Translations under genes and position numbers: made by a program
Notes under the pieces: generated by a model
What the model saw: the letters and a program-made list of their open reading frames with translations, nothing else
What the model was told of the DNA's origin: nothing
The model's database searches: none
Assembly (NCBI GenBank): GCA_035516915.1
Contig: DATIZV010000139.1
Coordinates: 1 to 51,946, forward strand
DNA: 51,946 nucleotides
Reading direction: 5' to 3'
Source: Usitatibacter sp.
GTDB lineage: Bacteria; Pseudomonadota; Gammaproteobacteria; Burkholderiales; Usitatibacteraceae
Shown here: one piece after another, positions 47,545 through 51,946 of the stretch
Numbering within the stretch: position 1 is the stretch's first letter
How the letters are laid out: each line of letters begins with the position of its first letter

Positions 47545-48198
47545 ATGAGCTCGAGCTCCCCGTCCGTGGAAGGCCGCCGCGGGAATCGCCGCATCGAGGC
47601 CCTGCTGTTCGACCTCGGGGGCGTGCTGCTGCGCCTCGATTGGGACGCGGTGTTCGCGCACTGGGCCTCGTGCTGCGGCGCCGACGCCACGGCGTTGCGC
47701 GGCCGCTTCTCCTTCGACGAGCCCTACGAGCGGCACGAGCGCGGCGAGATCAGCGCGCGCGAGTATTTCAAGGCGTTGCGCGGCTCGCTCGGCATCGAGC
47801 TCTCCAACGACGACTTCCGCCTGGGCTGGGAGCGCCTGCTCGCCGGCCCCGTGCAGCCGACCGTCGACCTCGTCCGGCGCGTCGATCCGGCGATGCCGCT
47901 CTACCTCCTCACCAACACCAATGCCGCGCACCATGCGGCGTGGGCGCACGACTACGCCGAGGCGCTGCGGCCGTTCCGGCGCGCGTTCACCTCGTGCGAG
48001 CTCGGCGTGCGCAAGCCGGAGCGGGCGGCCTTCGAGCGCGTGGCCCGCGAGATCGGCGTCCCGATGGAGCGCATCCTCTTCTTCGACGACACCGAGTCGA
48101 ACGTCGAGGGCGCACGGCGCGCCGGCCTCGCGGCGGTGCACGTCCGCTCGCCCGAGGACGCGGAGCGGGCGCTGGCGCCCTGGCTTCGCGACGGATGA
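47545..48198 (+). CDS. HAD family phosphatase (YihX-like)
   Basis: FDLGGVL, LLTNTN, RKPE, FFDDTESNVEGA. Confidence 0.88.
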   Translation: MSSSSPSVEGRRGNRRIEALLFDLGGVLLRLDWDAVFAHWASCCGADATALRGRFSFDEPYERHERGEISAREYFKALRGSLGIELSNDDFRLGWERLLAGPVQPTVDLVRRVDPAMPLYLLTNTNAAHHAAWAHDYAEALRPFRRAFTSCELGVRKPERAAFERVAREIGVPMERILFFDDTESNVEGARRAGLAAVHVRSPEDAERALAPWLRDG

Positions 48199-48325
48199 CT
48201 CCGACGGCGCGTCGCCGCGGAATTCGACGTTTCGTCGCGTTTCGGCGATCGGCTGGTTCGAGGCGACTAGCGCGGCGTGCCCGCGGCCGCGTATTCGCTT
48301 CTCGGGCGGAAGGCACGATGCCGGG

Positions 48326-48895
48326 ATGCGTGCATGCCGATCCCTCCGCACGACGGGCTTCCTGTTGCGCCTCGCGACGGCGGCGTTCGCGGCCTGTGCG
48401 CTCCCATCGCACGCCACGGTGCTCTACAAGTCGATCGGCCCGAACGGCGTGATCCGGTTCTCGGACACGCCGCCCGAGGACGGCGTCGTCGTGGAGGAGC
48501 GCTTCGTGGATCCCTCTGGCGGCCAGCCCTTCGCGGGCGCGCCCGACGGCATGCCGCTCCTCGCCTTCGAGAATCCGCTCGAGACGGCGGAGCACGAAGG
48601 CGTCGACACGGACGATGCGCTCGCCGCCGCGGACCAGCAGGTGGATCTCGCCGAGCACGCCCTCGCCCTCGCGCGCGGCTCCGCGTGGACGCGCAACGAA
48701 GGCTTGCGCCTCGGCAATCCACGCCACGCGCCCGGCGATGCGGCGCGGATCGCCTTCTACGAGCGCAACCTGCGCGCGGCGCGCGCGAACCTGCTCGCCG
48801 CGATGAAAAGGGCGCAGACCCCGCTTTCACCCGCGAACACGACGCCGGCTATGCAGCTCGCGCAGTCGCAACCCGCGCCACCGTTCCACCAATAG
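48326..48895 (+). CDS. DUF4124 domain secreted protein
   Basis: Signal-like segment then VLYKSIGPNGVIRFSDTPP; helical C-term. Start uncertain. Confidence 0.7.
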   Translation: MRACRSLRTTGFLLRLATAAFAACALPSHATVLYKSIGPNGVIRFSDTPPEDGVVVEERFVDPSGGQPFAGAPDGMPLLAFENPLETAEHEGVDTDDALAAADQQVDLAEHALALARGSAWTRNEGLRLGNPRHAPGDAARIAFYERNLRAARANLLAAMKRAQTPLSPANTTPAMQLAQSQPAPPFHQ

Positions 48896-48922
48896 AAAAA
48901 CGGCCTGTCCCGATTCGAGGTG

Positions 48923-50837
<1,915 letters not shown>

Positions 50838-50905
50838 GGGAAGTGGGATAATCGAAGGAGCGGGCCCGCGCATTATCTCAGTAATGCCGGCCGCGATGAT
50901 CCGAC

Positions 50906-51910
50906 ATGCCGCTCGACCTCCTCGTTCCCGACCTCCTGCCGCCGCCCGACGCGCCGCCTGCGATCCGCGCGGTGCGCCTGGCCGCGATCGAGAAATGGCT
51001 CGCGCGTGCGGACCTCGAGCGTTCCCCCGCGGTCGGCGCCGAACGCTGGCTCGCCGGGCGCTTCGGCCTCGCGTGGCCGGCTCCGCTCGCCGCGATCGCG
51101 CTCGCGGGAGAGTCCGGGCCGCATCGCGGCGAATGGCTGCGCGCCGACCCCGTGCACCTGCGCATCGAAGGCGACTCCGTGGTGGTGCACGATCCCGCGG
51201 TGCTCGGGCTCGATCGCGACGAGGCGGATGCGCTCGCCGCCTCTCTGCAGCGGCACTTCGACGAAGACGGGCTTCGCTTCCGGGTGGCCGACCCGCATCG
51301 CTGGTACGTCGAGGTGCCGGAGGGCGAGCGACCGACGACGGTCGCGCTCGAAGAGGTGCGCGGCCGCGACGCCTTCGGCCGGCTTCCCGCGGGCGGCTCG
51401 GCGATTCACTGGCGTGCCGCGATCACCGAAGCGCAGATGGTGCTATCCGCCCACGCAGTGAACGCGCGGCGCGAGCGCGAGGGCCGGCCGAGCGCGAACA
51501 GCGTGTGGTTCTGGGGCGAGGGCGCGACGCCGGAGCGGCTGGACCGGCCCTACTCGCTGGTGCACGCGTCGGATGCGTTCGCACGCGGGCTCGCGCGCCT
51601 CTCGGGCGCCGAGCTGCAGGCACCGCCCGCCTCGCTCCGCGAGGTGGACCTGGTCTCCGAGCCGGATCACGCGCTGGTCGTGCTGCCCGACCTCGCCGCG
51701 CCGCTCGCGCGCGGGGACCTCGAGGCATGGACGAAGGCCGCCGCGCGCCTCGACGAGGATTGGTTCCACGAGCTCGGTCCGGCGATCGAGCGTTTCGAGC
51801 GCGTGCGCCTGGTGCTTCCTCGCTCGCGGGACACGCTGGTCGCGAGCCTCGACGCACGTGCGCGCCGGCGCTGGCTGCGGCGCAGGCGCCCGCTCGCTTC
51901 CCATGCCTGA
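50906..51910 (+). CDS. Conserved hypothetical protein (phosphoglycerate mutase-like; typically upstream of recJ)
   Basis: WLRADPVHL, EAQMVL..H.VN, NSVWFWGEG. Confidence 0.75.
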   Translation: MPLDLLVPDLLPPPDAPPAIRAVRLAAIEKWLARADLERSPAVGAERWLAGRFGLAWPAPLAAIALAGESGPHRGEWLRADPVHLRIEGDSVVVHDPAVLGLDRDEADALAASLQRHFDEDGLRFRVADPHRWYVEVPEGERPTTVALEEVRGRDAFGRLPAGGSAIHWRAAITEAQMVLSAHAVNARREREGRPSANSVWFWGEGATPERLDRPYSLVHASDAFARGLARLSGAELQAPPASLREVDLVSEPDHALVVLPDLAAPLARGDLEAWTKAAARLDEDWFHELGPAIERFERVRLVLPRSRDTLVASLDARARRRWLRRRRPLASHA

Positions 51911-51946
51911 GATCGTCGATCGCGCCGTCGACGAGGAGGCGCGCGC
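51903..51946 (+). CDS. Start of the next gene, partial (possibly recJ by synteny)
   Basis: ATG overlapping the previous gene end (MPEIVDRAVDEEAR). Identity rests only on recalled lolC-recJ synteny. Confidence 0.35.
   Translation, partial: MPEIVDRAVDEEAR

Overview
GC-rich bacterial chromosomal segment. The relA type, lolC/D and comEC context suggest a betaproteobacterium (inference). About 46 CDS and one tRNA-Val(GAC) were found; no integrase, transposase, rRNA or CRISPR array was seen. Main blocks: (1) an M16 peptidase, a CMD-family protein and a ZIP transporter; (2) a ~15 kb, 12-gene minus-strand catabolic operon (MFS, CMD, BKACE/DUF849, quinone oxidoreductase, TauD-type dioxygenase, USP-hemerythrin fusion, DUF1302, DUF1329, YCF48/BNR, RND/MMPL, acyl-CoA ligase, YdeN hydrolase) with a divergent AraC regulator and tandem 21-bp-spaced sites, which is the best candidate for an undescribed system; (3) a Tat lipoprotein MBL hydrolase and a secreted 14-repeat RCC1 protein with a duplicated GWWWNP C-terminal module; (4) a LysR-AKR-cupin-ADH-truncated SDR cassette abutting the tRNA 3' end; (5) an IclR-TRAP-GMC oxidoreductase module; (6) housekeeping genes including rlmI/ymdB head-to-head, relA translationally coupled to a TPR-GGDEF cyclase, comEC, alkA and lolCD. 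All calls come from motif recognition by eye; no searches were run and start codons are estimates.
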